A stretch of DNA of 64,000 bases from Synergistaceae bacterium (GTDB taxonomy: Bacteria > Synergistota > Synergistia > Synergistales > Synergistaceae). The translations under genes were made by a program, and so were the position numbers. This document shows, one piece after another, positions 39,691 to 49,055 of the stretch. Location of the stretch: NCBI GenBank assembly GCA_031269245.1, contig JAISZL010000062.1, forward strand, positions 5,016-69,015, written 5' to 3'. Below the pieces are notes generated by a model. The model did not search any database. It saw nothing but the letters and a program-made list of their open reading frames with translations, and had not been told where the DNA came from. The number at the start of each line of letters is the position of its first letter. Positions within the stretch are counted from its first letter, which is position 1.

Positions 39691-39770
39691 AAACCCGGGC
39701 CTTGCGCTTGTCGGGTGGTATAATTGGAGGCAGCGAGGGGGCGCAAAATGTTGGGATGGTGTGAACGCGA

Positions 39771-40268
39771 ATGAAGCTCTGCTTGATGCGGCATGGAGAT
39801 GCCATGAGCGCCGTGATCGACTCGATAAGACCTCTTTCGGAAAAAGGGATGGCGGAGGCTGAGGTTGCGGGCGTGTTTTTGCGCAGGGTCGGTGAGGTTC
39901 CCGACGTCATAATACACAGCACGCTGCTGCGCGGCAAACTCACCGCGGAGTGCGTGGCCGCCGCGTCAGGGGCGGGTGACGTCTTGGAGCAATGGAGAGG
40001 ACTTGAGCCATACGACTCGACCGACGATTTTTTGTCTGAACTGCAATTGACGTTCGGCGCCTCCGAACGCAATATATTGGTGGTCGGCCATCAGCCGTTC
40101 ATATCGGAGTTCGCGTCGTTGCTGCTCGCCAGATCCGAGGCTGCGGTCTCGTTGAAATTCACCACTGGCTCCCTCTGTGGTGTGAAGAGCGAGGGCATGG
40201 GTAAATTTTGGACGCTTCGGTTTCACATCACGTCGAAGCACCTGCTTGGACTGATACAACTCGACTAA
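39771..40268 (+). CDS. sixA: Phosphohistidine phosphatase SixA
   Basis: MRHGDA (RHG motif), RPLSEKG, VVGHQP. About 165 aa. Confidence 0.8.
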   Translation: MKLCLMRHGDAMSAVIDSIRPLSEKGMAEAEVAGVFLRRVGEVPDVIIHSTLLRGKLTAECVAAASGAGDVLEQWRGLEPYDSTDDFLSELQLTFGASERNILVVGHQPFISEFASLLLARSEAAVSLKFTTGSLCGVKSEGMGKFWTLRFHITSKHLLGLIQLD

Positions 40269-40332
40269 ACCGCCTCGCCGCGTTCCGCGCGAGCACGGGA
40301 TCGCGGCGGAACGGCCAAGACGAAATTTTGTC

Positions 40333-41550
40333 CTAATCCAAGCGCGCGGGATTCCGCGATTGCCGCTCCAATCTTTCTATGTCCATGTTTAGTTTCGCGT
40401 TGTCCGCGTATACTTTTACCTCGTCGTCGGGGTCGAGCCTGTACGCCTCGCTGAAGCGCTCGTGCGCCCCCGCCCAATCCTTTTGCGTCCAGAGGGCACG
40501 TCCCTCCTTCACGAGCTGCGCGGCCCTCTTCCTGTTGTCTTGGGAAGCTGTGACGGCCGGGTTTTCAGCGACGTTCGCGCTCTCAGCCAGGGGAGCGGCG
40601 CCTTCGGAGCCGGGCGCCGTTCGTATCGCCGATGCCCGCGGCCCGGATGGTTCCGCTACGGACTGCGTGATTTTCAGATACCCGCCGTACACCCAGCCCG
40701 CCTCGCCGTCCGCGCCGACCTTGAACCAGTGAAACCTGTCGCGCCCCGAGGAGTAGCGTTGCGACGCGCCTAGCGCCGTCCCTTTTGCGAGACGGCGGAG
40801 TATCTCTGACTCGGTGTTCGGCGCGGAGCGCATCCGGACGTTGTCTGCCGTAACCTCGACCGGCAGCGAGGCACTGAGGACGGCCACGCCGCTTCGGTCC
40901 CGGACGTCAAGGTCGCTGTAGCCATCCGAGTCGGGGGTTGACCACGCGTATGCCCGTCCATCGGCGGTAGGCGCGCCCTCCTCAGCGGCGGGGTTTTGTT
41001 CGTCCGGCGAGGTCTGGGCGGACTGAGTTTCGGAATCGGCGTATGGAATGGGCCCCGCCATGACTATTGGGTCATTCCCCGAAGGCGTATTTTCGGCCGG
41101 CGCGGGGGCATGTGGTGCCTCAGAGTCCTCCGGCTCCGCCGTTTGTATCGCCGAGGCGCCTCCTCCGGAGGGGCCTGATACGCGCGGCGGGGTGTCCCCT
41201 GAAAAATATCTGTAGCTGACGAATCCGAAGCAGCCGAACATGAGGAAGAACGCGAGCAATGTCGCGACCTTAAGCATCGAGTCCCTTTCCTCATGACGTT
41301 CTCTGTCCCCCCCCTCTTGCGCGCAGTTCACTTTTTTGAGCTTGCCGCCCTCCGCCCCGCACTCGTCGCAGAATCTTGCGCCGACGCGCATCTCGTTTCC
41401 GCAGTACGCGCAGAACATCGTCGAATCCTCAGACGGCTCGGCTCCGGTTGCCGAAAGTGTATGAACGCCTGCCTTAGTGCCGCATTTTCGACAAAAAATA
41501 TAATTTTTCCCCATAAGGGCGCCGCATTTTTGGCAAAACCTCTTTCCCAT
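40333..41550 (-). CDS. Double zinc-ribbon - TM - SH3b - TPR-like membrane protein
   Basis: CQKCG...CRKCG and CAYCG...CDECG. One TM segment. SH3b-like VRMRSAPNTESEILRRLAKGTAL...WFKV...GWVYGGYL. GGAAGGAG SD before ATG 41550. Confidence 0.6.
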   Translation of the reverse strand: MGKRFCQKCGALMGKNYIFCRKCGTKAGVHTLSATGAEPSEDSTMFCAYCGNEMRVGARFCDECGAEGGKLKKVNCAQEGGDRERHEERDSMLKVATLLAFFLMFGCFGFVSYRYFSGDTPPRVSGPSGGGASAIQTAEPEDSEAPHAPAPAENTPSGNDPIVMAGPIPYADSETQSAQTSPDEQNPAAEEGAPTADGRAYAWSTPDSDGYSDLDVRDRSGVAVLSASLPVEVTADNVRMRSAPNTESEILRRLAKGTALGASQRYSSGRDRFHWFKVGADGEAGWVYGGYLKITQSVAEPSGPRASAIRTAPGSEGAAPLAESANVAENPAVTASQDNRKRAAQLVKEGRALWTQKDWAGAHERFSEAYRLDPDDEVKVYADNAKLNMDIERLERQSRNPARLD

Positions 41551-41748
41551 GCCCAACACTCCTTCCACCGCACCTGCCGTCTATTGTGGCCTGCCCCTGT
41601 TTCGCGCTCCGCGCCAGCGAGAAACGATTCATCGCCCAATATGATAACATTTTTTCGGAGGACGCGACATAAATAAACAATTTCTGAAACAATCGGCGGG
41701 TTGATATTATAATTTCCGCTGGCGCTCTTGAATGTGCGATCTTGAATG

Positions 41749-41776
41749 TTGACAGAGTTGTGTAGGAATGTACAAT
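41749..41776 (+). promoter_or_regulatory. Sigma-70-type promoter for gspG
   Basis: TTGACA - 16 nt - TACAAT. The direct repeat CTTGAATGT x2 (41727-41735, 41741-41749) abuts the -35. Confidence 0.55.
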
Positions 41777-41889
41777 GTCATGTTGCCCGAGGCGGGAATA
41801 TATTCCTCATGCGGATATGTTCGTTTGTCACGCGGGGCGAATTATAAACCGCTGACGTACCGCGAAATTATCGTAGGAGGTATCGAACT

Positions 41890-42324
41890 TTGGCAGAGAG
41901 AAAACGCAGGGGGTTCACGCTGGTCGAGATAATGGTAGTGGTCGTGATAATCGGCCTTTTGGCCGCGTTGGTCGCCCCCCGGCTCATAGGACAGTCCGAG
42001 GCGGCGAAGATAACGACTACGCGGGCGCAGATAAAGAACATACAGCAGTCGCTCGAGCTCTTTCACCTCAACAATGGATTTTTCCCCACGACGGATCAGG
42101 GCCTGGCTTCCTTGATAGAAAAACCGACGATCCCGCCTGAGCCAAAGAACTATCAGCGCGGCGGTTATCTCAACGCGAAGTCGGTCCCGAAGGATCCGTG
42201 GGGCAGCGACTACATTTACTTCTGTCCCGGCGACAACGGAGACTACGATATAATATCCTACGGCGCCGACGGCAGAGAGGGCGGAGAGGGGGGCAACGCC
42301 GACATCACCAATTGGGACGATTGA
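41890..42324 (+). CDS. gspG: Type II secretion major pseudopilin GspG
   Basis: Prepilin leader MAERKRRG|FTLVEIM with Glu+5. GspG body ...AKITTTRAQIKNIQQSLELF...PKDPWGSDYIY...DIISYGADG. TTG start with a TAGGAGGT SD. Confidence 0.85.
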   Translation: MAERKRRGFTLVEIMVVVVIIGLLAALVAPRLIGQSEAAKITTTRAQIKNIQQSLELFHLNNGFFPTTDQGLASLIEKPTIPPEPKNYQRGGYLNAKSVPKDPWGSDYIYFCPGDNGDYDIISYGADGREGGEGGNADITNWDD

Positions 42325-42384
42325 TAATAATTGATATTGACACAATAATTAGCCGCTGTTTATTGAGTCAGGGGGACAGCTCTT

Positions 42385-42948
42385 ATGCGCGTTGCTGAAA
42401 AAATCGAGAAGATGCTCGAAGTTATAAGGGACGAGGTACTGCCGCTCACGGAGTGCGAGGTGAAGAGGGGCAATCATGTGTTCGGCGGGGCCATACTTCG
42501 CCCGGACACATTGACCTCTGTGATGGTTGGTTCGAACAACAGGATGGAAAACCCGCTGTTTCACGGAGAGATAGACACGCTCAACAGGTTCTTCAAGCTG
42601 CCGGTGCGCCCGCGGGCAGACGAACTGATATTCCTGGCGACTCACGATCCGTGTCCGATGTGCGCTTCCGCCATAGCGTGGGCGGGTTTCCGCGAGGTCT
42701 GGCACCTGTTCGACTACAAGGGCGTGGAGGAGGGCTTCAACATGCCAGTCGACGCGGAGATGTACAGGGAGCTCTTCGGGGTAGACGGCGTCCGGTCCGA
42801 GAACGCGTTCTTCAAGAAACATTCCATCAGGGAGGCCATCACGGATTGTCCGAACAACGAGCCGCTCCTCGAGATCATGGACGAGATAGAGAAGCGCTAT
42901 GCCGCTATGGAGGTCTCCGATTTCGCGTACCCGGGAGCGGCGCGCTGA
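42385..42948 (+). CDS. CMP/dCMP-type zinc deaminase-fold protein (nucleoside/base deaminase)
   Basis: HGE ... PCPMCASAI zinc-ligand motifs. Confidence 0.7.
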   Translation: MRVAEKIEKMLEVIRDEVLPLTECEVKRGNHVFGGAILRPDTLTSVMVGSNNRMENPLFHGEIDTLNRFFKLPVRPRADELIFLATHDPCPMCASAIAWAGFREVWHLFDYKGVEEGFNMPVDAEMYRELFGVDGVRSENAFFKKHSIREAITDCPNNEPLLEIMDEIEKRYAAMEVSDFAYPGAAR

Positions 42949-42971
42949 ACGCGCCGAGCTCTAAACGCCGG

Positions 42972-44456
42972 TCATCCCCTGAATATGGAGATCTCTCCGA
43001 AACCCTTCTTCTCATGGGCCGTCCTCTCTCCGCAGGCCACACTAAGGATGTGCTCCCTCAACCGTTCGGCGGCTTCGTCCAAGGATTCTCCGCGCAGCAG
43101 CACGCCCGCGTCGAAGTCGATCCACCCGGGATGGCGCTCCTTGAGTTCGGTGACGGCGGATATCTTGACGGTCGGCACGACGCTGCCGAACGGCGTCCCG
43201 CCTCCGGTGGCGAACAGGATGATCTGGCAGCCGCTTCCCGCCATGGAAGTGCATGATATTGCGTCGTCGCCGGGCGCGAAGGCGATCTGAGCACCATGAG
43301 CGGGGTAAGCTCCTTCACCGTATCTCAAAACGTTGGTAACAAGTGATTTGCCGCCGATCTTCTCCAACGCCCCCAGCGATTTCTCCTCCGGGGTCGTTAT
43401 GCCAGGGGTGCCGTCCGGCTGGGGGGAAATTTTGCCCTCCGGCCGGTCTCGGGCGGCGGAGCGATCGTGAAACCAGCGGTAGAGCACCTCGAAGTCGTCA
43501 TATGCCCTCTTGTTCGCCATGCGCGGCAAGACTGCGTCGAGCGCGCGGCCCATCTCGGACGCGTCGGTCGTCACCACTGCGCCCCCATGCTCGACGAGAT
43601 AGTCCGAGAACCGTCCGATCAGGGGGTTGGCGGTGAGCCACGCGTATCCGACACCTCCACCGCACTTTACGCCGACGCAGAGCTGGGAGACCGGGAATTT
43701 CTCCCTCACGCGCGGCGCGGCGGCGGCAAGCTCGTCCAACATGCGGCATACGGAGCCCGCGCAGTCCGGCGCATCCTGAAGCGTCAGCTTCATCACGTTC
43801 AGATCCTTGCCGATGACGCGGGAGTGAATCTCCGAAAGGGATATGTTCTCGCAGCCCAGCCCGACTAACAGAACTCCCGCGGCGTTCGGATTTTCCGCGA
43901 GGCCCGCCAGTATGGCGGCAACCGTGCCAGTGTCCTCGCGGGGGTCCGATCCCCCGAGAGGATGCTCCAGCAGCTTCACCGAGCTTATCCAGTACGGCTT
44001 GCCGTAGTTTCCCAGTATCGACCTGAGCTCACCGTTCACGGCTCCGGACGTTGGAATGACCCACAGGTCGTTTCGCACACCGGGGCGTTCGGCCATCCTG
44101 CGATAACCCATAAAGCTCCCGCCCATCAAGCCCGGCATCGAGCTCTTGGCTCCCTCCCATTTCGGAAGCCGGGGCGCGCTTGCACCCGTCCCAGTGCGCG
44201 CGGCCAGGTTGTGCCGGTGGACCCAGTCCCCGCGCGCTATGTCCCGCGTGGCCGCTCCTATCGGGTGCCCGTGCTTTATCACGTGTTCGCCCTCGGCGAT
44301 ATCCCGGGAGGCGGCTTTATGCCCCGGAGGTATGTCTCCGTTCAGCATAAACACGCCGTTTCCCTCTCCGGAGGATCCCCCGAAGGGCAGGACGATGACG
44401 TTGTCGAGGTCGTTCAGGCGAATGAATTCCGGGAATTTCACCGATATTGGCCCCAT
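42972..44456 (-). CDS. UxaA-family sugar-acid dehydratase (altronate/galactarate dehydratase type)
   Basis: N-terminal SAF-like IPPGHKAASRDIAEGEHVIKHGHPIGAATRDIARGDWVHRHN. About 490 aa. Confidence 0.75.
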   Translation of the reverse strand: MGPISVKFPEFIRLNDLDNVIVLPFGGSSGEGNGVFMLNGDIPPGHKAASRDIAEGEHVIKHGHPIGAATRDIARGDWVHRHNLAARTGTGASAPRLPKWEGAKSSMPGLMGGSFMGYRRMAERPGVRNDLWVIPTSGAVNGELRSILGNYGKPYWISSVKLLEHPLGGSDPREDTGTVAAILAGLAENPNAAGVLLVGLGCENISLSEIHSRVIGKDLNVMKLTLQDAPDCAGSVCRMLDELAAAAPRVREKFPVSQLCVGVKCGGGVGYAWLTANPLIGRFSDYLVEHGGAVVTTDASEMGRALDAVLPRMANKRAYDDFEVLYRWFHDRSAARDRPEGKISPQPDGTPGITTPEEKSLGALEKIGGKSLVTNVLRYGEGAYPAHGAQIAFAPGDDAISCTSMAGSGCQIILFATGGGTPFGSVVPTVKISAVTELKERHPGWIDFDAGVLLRGESLDEAAERLREHILSVACGERTAHEKKGFGEISIFRG

Positions 44457-44478
44457 TGGCGCTCGGATCGGAAGTTTT

Positions 44479-47190
44479 TCAAGATCTGAGGTGTTTTTTC
44501 AGGGCTGACAACGTCTCCTCCAAGTTCAGAGGCTTGCTGATATGGTCGTCCATGCCGGCGGCTGTGTACTTTTCTATGTCCTCGCGGAACGCGCTGGCTG
44601 TCATGGCGATGATGGGCACGCGGCGGCGGCCTTGCGCCATTTCAAGCGCTCTGATGCGCTTAGCGGCCTCGCAGCCGTCCATCTCGGGCATCTGCGCGTC
44701 CATCAGAATGACGTCGTATTTGCCGGGGTTTGCGATGAACTTCTCTATGGCCTCCCTGCCGCTTTCCGCAAAATCTATTTCGAGCGACGTGGACTCGAGG
44801 AACGCGGCGGCTATCTCGCGGTTGATGGCCACGTCTTCGGCCAGCAGCGCCCGGAGCCCCTTGAAATCCGCTATCCCCGCGAAGTTTTTCTCGCCTGCGG
44901 GCCGGTCATCCTGGAGCTTGAGCGCGTTGTTTATGCATTCCGCGATCATGGACGGGAAGAGCGGTTTCCGCAAAAAATTGTCGGCCCCGGCCTCGCGGGC
45001 GATCGTGCCGGTGGAGTCCCACTCCGTGGACGGTATCATAATGATGACGGGGTTGAGTTTATCGCGGCTCTTTATCCTGCGGGTGAGCTCCAGGCAGCTT
45101 ATGCCGTCTATCTTCCAGTCCAGAAAGTACATGTCGTAAAACCCCTTCTCATCTATCAGCGCGCACGCCTCGCCGCCGTCCGATGCCACGTCGCAGGCGA
45201 GGCCGAACCGCTCCGCGGTCTCGCCGAAGTAAGCCCTTATGTCCATCGCGCCGTCCACGGCCAAGATGCGCGTGTTTTCCCGCCTGGCCGCTGAGTTCAG
45301 TATGGGATGCCTTTCGCTCGACACCCTCCTGGCCTCGATGGTGAAGGCGAACTTCGAGCCGAACCCCTCCTTCGACTCGACCCATATCTTGCCGCCCATC
45401 ATCTCCACGATGCGCTTGGAGACGGCCAGTCCCAGACCGGCTCCCCCAAATTTTTTCGACAGGGAGCGGTCACCCGGCTCCAGCGGGGTGAACAGGCGGG
45501 TCTGGTCCTCCCTGGATATGCCGATCCCGGAGTCCGTGACCTCTATAAGTATGGTGCAGATGCCGTTTTCCTCCTTTATCAGCGCGGTATCCAGCATGAT
45601 CGAGCCATACTCGGGGGTGAGCTTGATGGCGTTGCCGACGAGGTTCGCGATGACCTGCGCGAGGCGCTGCCCGTCGCATGAGATGACGCGCGGGATTTCC
45701 CCGCCGAGATGGACGGTGAACTGCTGATGTTTTTCCTCGATGCGGAAGTTGATCACGTTGGTGATTTTCTTGAGGATTGACTCGAAGCTAAAATTCGAGA
45801 ACGACAGATCGAGCTTGTTCACCTCGATTTTCGACATGTCCAGTATGTCGTTGATGACGCTCAGCAGGTGAGATGAGGCATCGTCGATTTTGCTGAGGCA
45901 GTAGTCCTTTTTCTCGATGTCCCGGGAAACTTTGGCGATGGACGTCATGCCCGCTATCGCGTTCATGGGGGTGCGCAACTCGCCGCTCATCTCAGACAAG
46001 AAGTCGTTCTTAGCCTGATTCGCCTCCTGGGCTAAGCGGAACATATCCATGGAGTGGGCGTACATCTCGCCCATCTTCTCCATCATCTTGTTCAGCCGGT
46101 CCTCCATGGAGCCGAACTCGTCCCGCTCCACGACGTCGATCCTCTTGGAGAAGTCCCCGGAAGCGGCCAGCCCGGCGAACCTGTTCACCTTGTTGATTAC
46201 CCCGCTCAGATGCCTGGCGACCGAAATCACGCTGAGTGTGGAGGCGAGCAGCACCCCGGTGAACGGTATGACGGCCAGGGCCAAAATCAAGCTCAGTGTC
46301 GAGCCCCTGATCTCACTGAGGTTCATCAGGGCCACGATTGTCCAGTTGTTCTCAGGGATGGCCCTGTAGCACGCGCGGTACGACTCGGACCCTATCTTGA
46401 CGTTGGCCGTGCCCTCTTTCTTCATCAGCGCGTTCTGCCCGAACTCGGACAGCTCGTCCTCCGCGTCGGTGATTTTTTCCCCGAATCCCCTGCTGTCGTC
46501 AAAAAAAGTTATGTATTCGCCCGCCTCTCCCAGGATGAACGCCCTTCCCGCCGCGCCTATGGAGATGCCGCGCATGATGTTCTGGATATCAGCCAGCGCC
46601 ATGTCGGCGGTGGCGACGCCGCGCATCGCGCCCTTGCCGTCGAAGAACGGGACAGTGGCGGTGACCATGCTGGTCTTCGAGACGCTGTCGTAATAGACGT
46701 CCGACCAGACGGCCTCCCCGCGAGACCCCTGTCCGTTGAGGTACCACTTCGAGTTATGGTAGTCGCCGCGAAGCTCGTAGCTGCCGTCGTACACCGGATG
46801 GCCGTCGGCCATGCGCACATAAGAGGAGTGATAGCGCTGGTTGTTGAAGGCGTAAGGACCGAACCAGATGCCGATCCCGTCCGTGTGTTTGCTTGACGAT
46901 GCCGTCCTGATCAAGAACTCCTTCATCTCGCCGCGCTTGATGGACTCGGGGCTGGACGTGGCGGCGTATATCGCGAGGCTTTTGGCTATGTCCGCGTTCC
47001 TGTCCAGCTCGCTTCGTATCTCGATGATCGCGGCGTCCAGGCTTTCGAGCATCATCCCGTTGACGCGCTCGTTGATCTGGGCGTCTAATATGCGGCTGAT
47101 TACGATAATGAATACGATCGTGGAGATGGCGGTGACAGGGACTATTGAAAAAATTATCCGCGACGCAATGCTCTTGAATTTCATCATCAC
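44479..47190 (-). CDS. Cache-HAMP hybrid sensor kinase-like protein with two receiver domains; H-box His replaced by Gly
   Basis: TM, extracytoplasmic Cache-like domain, TM, HAMP, DHp (FLSEMSGELRTPMNAI), N box LVGNAIKLT, G1 DSGIGI, G2 GGAGLGL, then two REC domains. Confidence 0.85.
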   Translation of the reverse strand: MMMKFKSIASRIIFSIVPVTAISTIVFIIVISRILDAQINERVNGMMLESLDAAIIEIRSELDRNADIAKSLAIYAATSSPESIKRGEMKEFLIRTASSSKHTDGIGIWFGPYAFNNQRYHSSYVRMADGHPVYDGSYELRGDYHNSKWYLNGQGSRGEAVWSDVYYDSVSKTSMVTATVPFFDGKGAMRGVATADMALADIQNIMRGISIGAAGRAFILGEAGEYITFFDDSRGFGEKITDAEDELSEFGQNALMKKEGTANVKIGSESYRACYRAIPENNWTIVALMNLSEIRGSTLSLILALAVIPFTGVLLASTLSVISVARHLSGVINKVNRFAGLAASGDFSKRIDVVERDEFGSMEDRLNKMMEKMGEMYAHSMDMFRLAQEANQAKNDFLSEMSGELRTPMNAIAGMTSIAKVSRDIEKKDYCLSKIDDASSHLLSVINDILDMSKIEVNKLDLSFSNFSFESILKKITNVINFRIEEKHQQFTVHLGGEIPRVISCDGQRLAQVIANLVGNAIKLTPEYGSIMLDTALIKEENGICTILIEVTDSGIGISREDQTRLFTPLEPGDRSLSKKFGGAGLGLAVSKRIVEMMGGKIWVESKEGFGSKFAFTIEARRVSSERHPILNSAARRENTRILAVDGAMDIRAYFGETAERFGLACDVASDGGEACALIDEKGFYDMYFLDWKIDGISCLELTRRIKSRDKLNPVIIMIPSTEWDSTGTIAREAGADNFLRKPLFPSMIAECINNALKLQDDRPAGEKNFAGIADFKGLRALLAEDVAINREIAAAFLESTSLEIDFAESGREAIEKFIANPGKYDVILMDAQMPEMDGCEAAKRIRALEMAQGRRRVPIIAMTASAFREDIEKYTAAGMDDHISKPLNLEETLSALKKHLRS

Positions 47191-47328
47191 TCACACTCCA
47201 CACATTCTTTTGACGATACCGTGTTTATGAAACTTGGCCCGCGGTTCGGGTTTTCTCAAGCCTCAATCTAAAAAAGTATAACACACCGCTGGAGGTTGTA
47301 TAATAGCGGTTTTAAGCGAGGTGATTTC

Positions 47329-49017
47329 ATGGCGTTGGGTCCGGAGCTGGTTTTTATGCAGGCCAGGGATATTTCGAGGGAGTTCGCCAAAAACAAGGTC
47401 AGGAGGGTCGACGCGCGGGACGATTGGCTCTGCCTGTCGTTTTCGCGCGACAGGGCGCTCTGTTTTTCGTGGAACGCCGAGAACTACGGCGCGTGCGGCA
47501 TCTCCCCTCAGGAGATCAGGTCATTGTCCGATGCCTCGCCGGCGCGCCCGACGATATGCGACGCGGTCAAGTCACACGTCGTGGGAGCCGAACTTGCGGG
47601 CGCGTCATCGCTGAACCGCGACAGGGTCTTGAGCATCGAATTCCGCAGGGCGATAGGGGCCGGATTCCATCAGACGAGGCGCCTGCTGTTCGAGCCGTCG
47701 GGCAGGTACAGCAACCTCATGCTGCTGGACGAGGAGGGAGTTGTCATAGAGGCCGCCAAGCACATATACCCCGACTCCAACAGATACAGGTCGGTGATGC
47801 CGGGCTTGCGATACTCGCCCCCTCCGGTCGTCAAAGGCGTCCCTCTGGACAGCTTCGACCCGTCGTCCGAGGGCGCGTTGCGCGAGCTGGACTCGCTCCG
47901 GGGAGTGGGCAAGCCTCTGATCTCCGCCGTAAAGGCCCATTGCGGCACGCGCGATGCCAGGGATTCGGACGAGGCGCTTCGCGGGCTCGAGTTCCTCAAG
48001 ACCGGGGAGGGAGAGGCGATATTCCAGGTCATAGGCGGCTATGTGACGCTCTACCCGATCTTGCTCGACTCCGCGAAGGCGATCATGGCCCGCGATTCGC
48101 TGGAGGCCGCTCGAATCGCGGTGGTCGCCCCGATGGTCGAAGGCCGCCTGATGGCGGCGCGCCGTAAGATAGCGGCGAGGATAGGAGAGATGTCGAGGGC
48201 GAACGACAGAAAAATAGAGGCGTATGAGAGGCTGGGCGATGGGGAAGGGGAGATAGCGCGCCTCAAACTGCACGGCTCGCTGATACTCGCTAACGCGTGG
48301 GCGATCGAGCCGCGCTCGAAGGAGGCCACCCTGTCCGAGTGGACTGAGAGCGGGGAGGTGCGGCACAGGATAGCGCTTGACCCCGAGCGCGACGCGCCGA
48401 GAAACGCCGAGGCGCTGTTCGCGAAGTACAAGCGGAAAAAATCAGCGCTGGAGAGGGCTCGCGCCATCCTGCCGTCGCTGTGCCTGAGGAGAGACGAGCT
48501 GGATGAGCAATTGGCGTTGTTGGAGTGCCACACGGACATGGCGACCCTCTCGAAGATGTGGGAGGAGATCGCGCCGGAGGGTGCTCGGACGCCGAGATTC
48601 AAGTCCTCGGGCGCCGTCTCGCCTCCGCACGCAAGGTACGAGTTCCCATTCGCCGGCGCGGTCGTCTTCTGCGGCCTGTCCGCGAAGGGGAACCACTACG
48701 TCACGTTCAGGCTGGCCCAAGGAGATGACATGTGGCTGCACGTGAAGGACATGCCGGGGGCTCACGTCATTTTGCGTTTCAACGAGCGCATGGCGCCCGG
48801 CGACGAGCGGCGTCCGCGAATGCTGAATATTGCCGCCGCGTGCGCCGTGTATCACAGCGGAGGCCGCGCCGGAGGGCGCGCTTTGGTGGACTGCGCGGAG
48901 CGCAAACACGTCAGGCCGATATCGGGAGGCGGGCTCGCCCGCGTGACTTACAGGGAGTTCCGCACGATATCGGCCGACGCATCCGCCTGGATTGACGAGG
49001 TCCGCAGAATCCAATAG
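47329..49017 (+). CDS. rqcH: NFACT-family ribosome quality-control protein (RqcH / FbpA-like)
   Basis: NFACT-N, coiled coil, and the NFACT-R (DUF814) motif WLHVKDMPGAHVILR. GGTGA SD before ATG 47329. Confidence 0.75.
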   Translation: MALGPELVFMQARDISREFAKNKVRRVDARDDWLCLSFSRDRALCFSWNAENYGACGISPQEIRSLSDASPARPTICDAVKSHVVGAELAGASSLNRDRVLSIEFRRAIGAGFHQTRRLLFEPSGRYSNLMLLDEEGVVIEAAKHIYPDSNRYRSVMPGLRYSPPPVVKGVPLDSFDPSSEGALRELDSLRGVGKPLISAVKAHCGTRDARDSDEALRGLEFLKTGEGEAIFQVIGGYVTLYPILLDSAKAIMARDSLEAARIAVVAPMVEGRLMAARRKIAARIGEMSRANDRKIEAYERLGDGEGEIARLKLHGSLILANAWAIEPRSKEATLSEWTESGEVRHRIALDPERDAPRNAEALFAKYKRKKSALERARAILPSLCLRRDELDEQLALLECHTDMATLSKMWEEIAPEGARTPRFKSSGAVSPPHARYEFPFAGAVVFCGLSAKGNHYVTFRLAQGDDMWLHVKDMPGAHVILRFNERMAPGDERRPRMLNIAAACAVYHSGGRAGGRALVDCAERKHVRPISGGGLARVTYREFRTISADASAWIDEVRRIQ

Positions 49018-49055
49018 AGGGAATCCCATCATTCGGCGGCGGGACAAAATTTCAT

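Noticed and set aside
41307-41314. C8/G8 run inside the zinc-ribbon/SH3 gene (encodes EGGD)
   Set aside because: It is short, in the middle of an intact reading frame, and there is no evidence of frame disruption. I did not treat it as a phase-variation tract.
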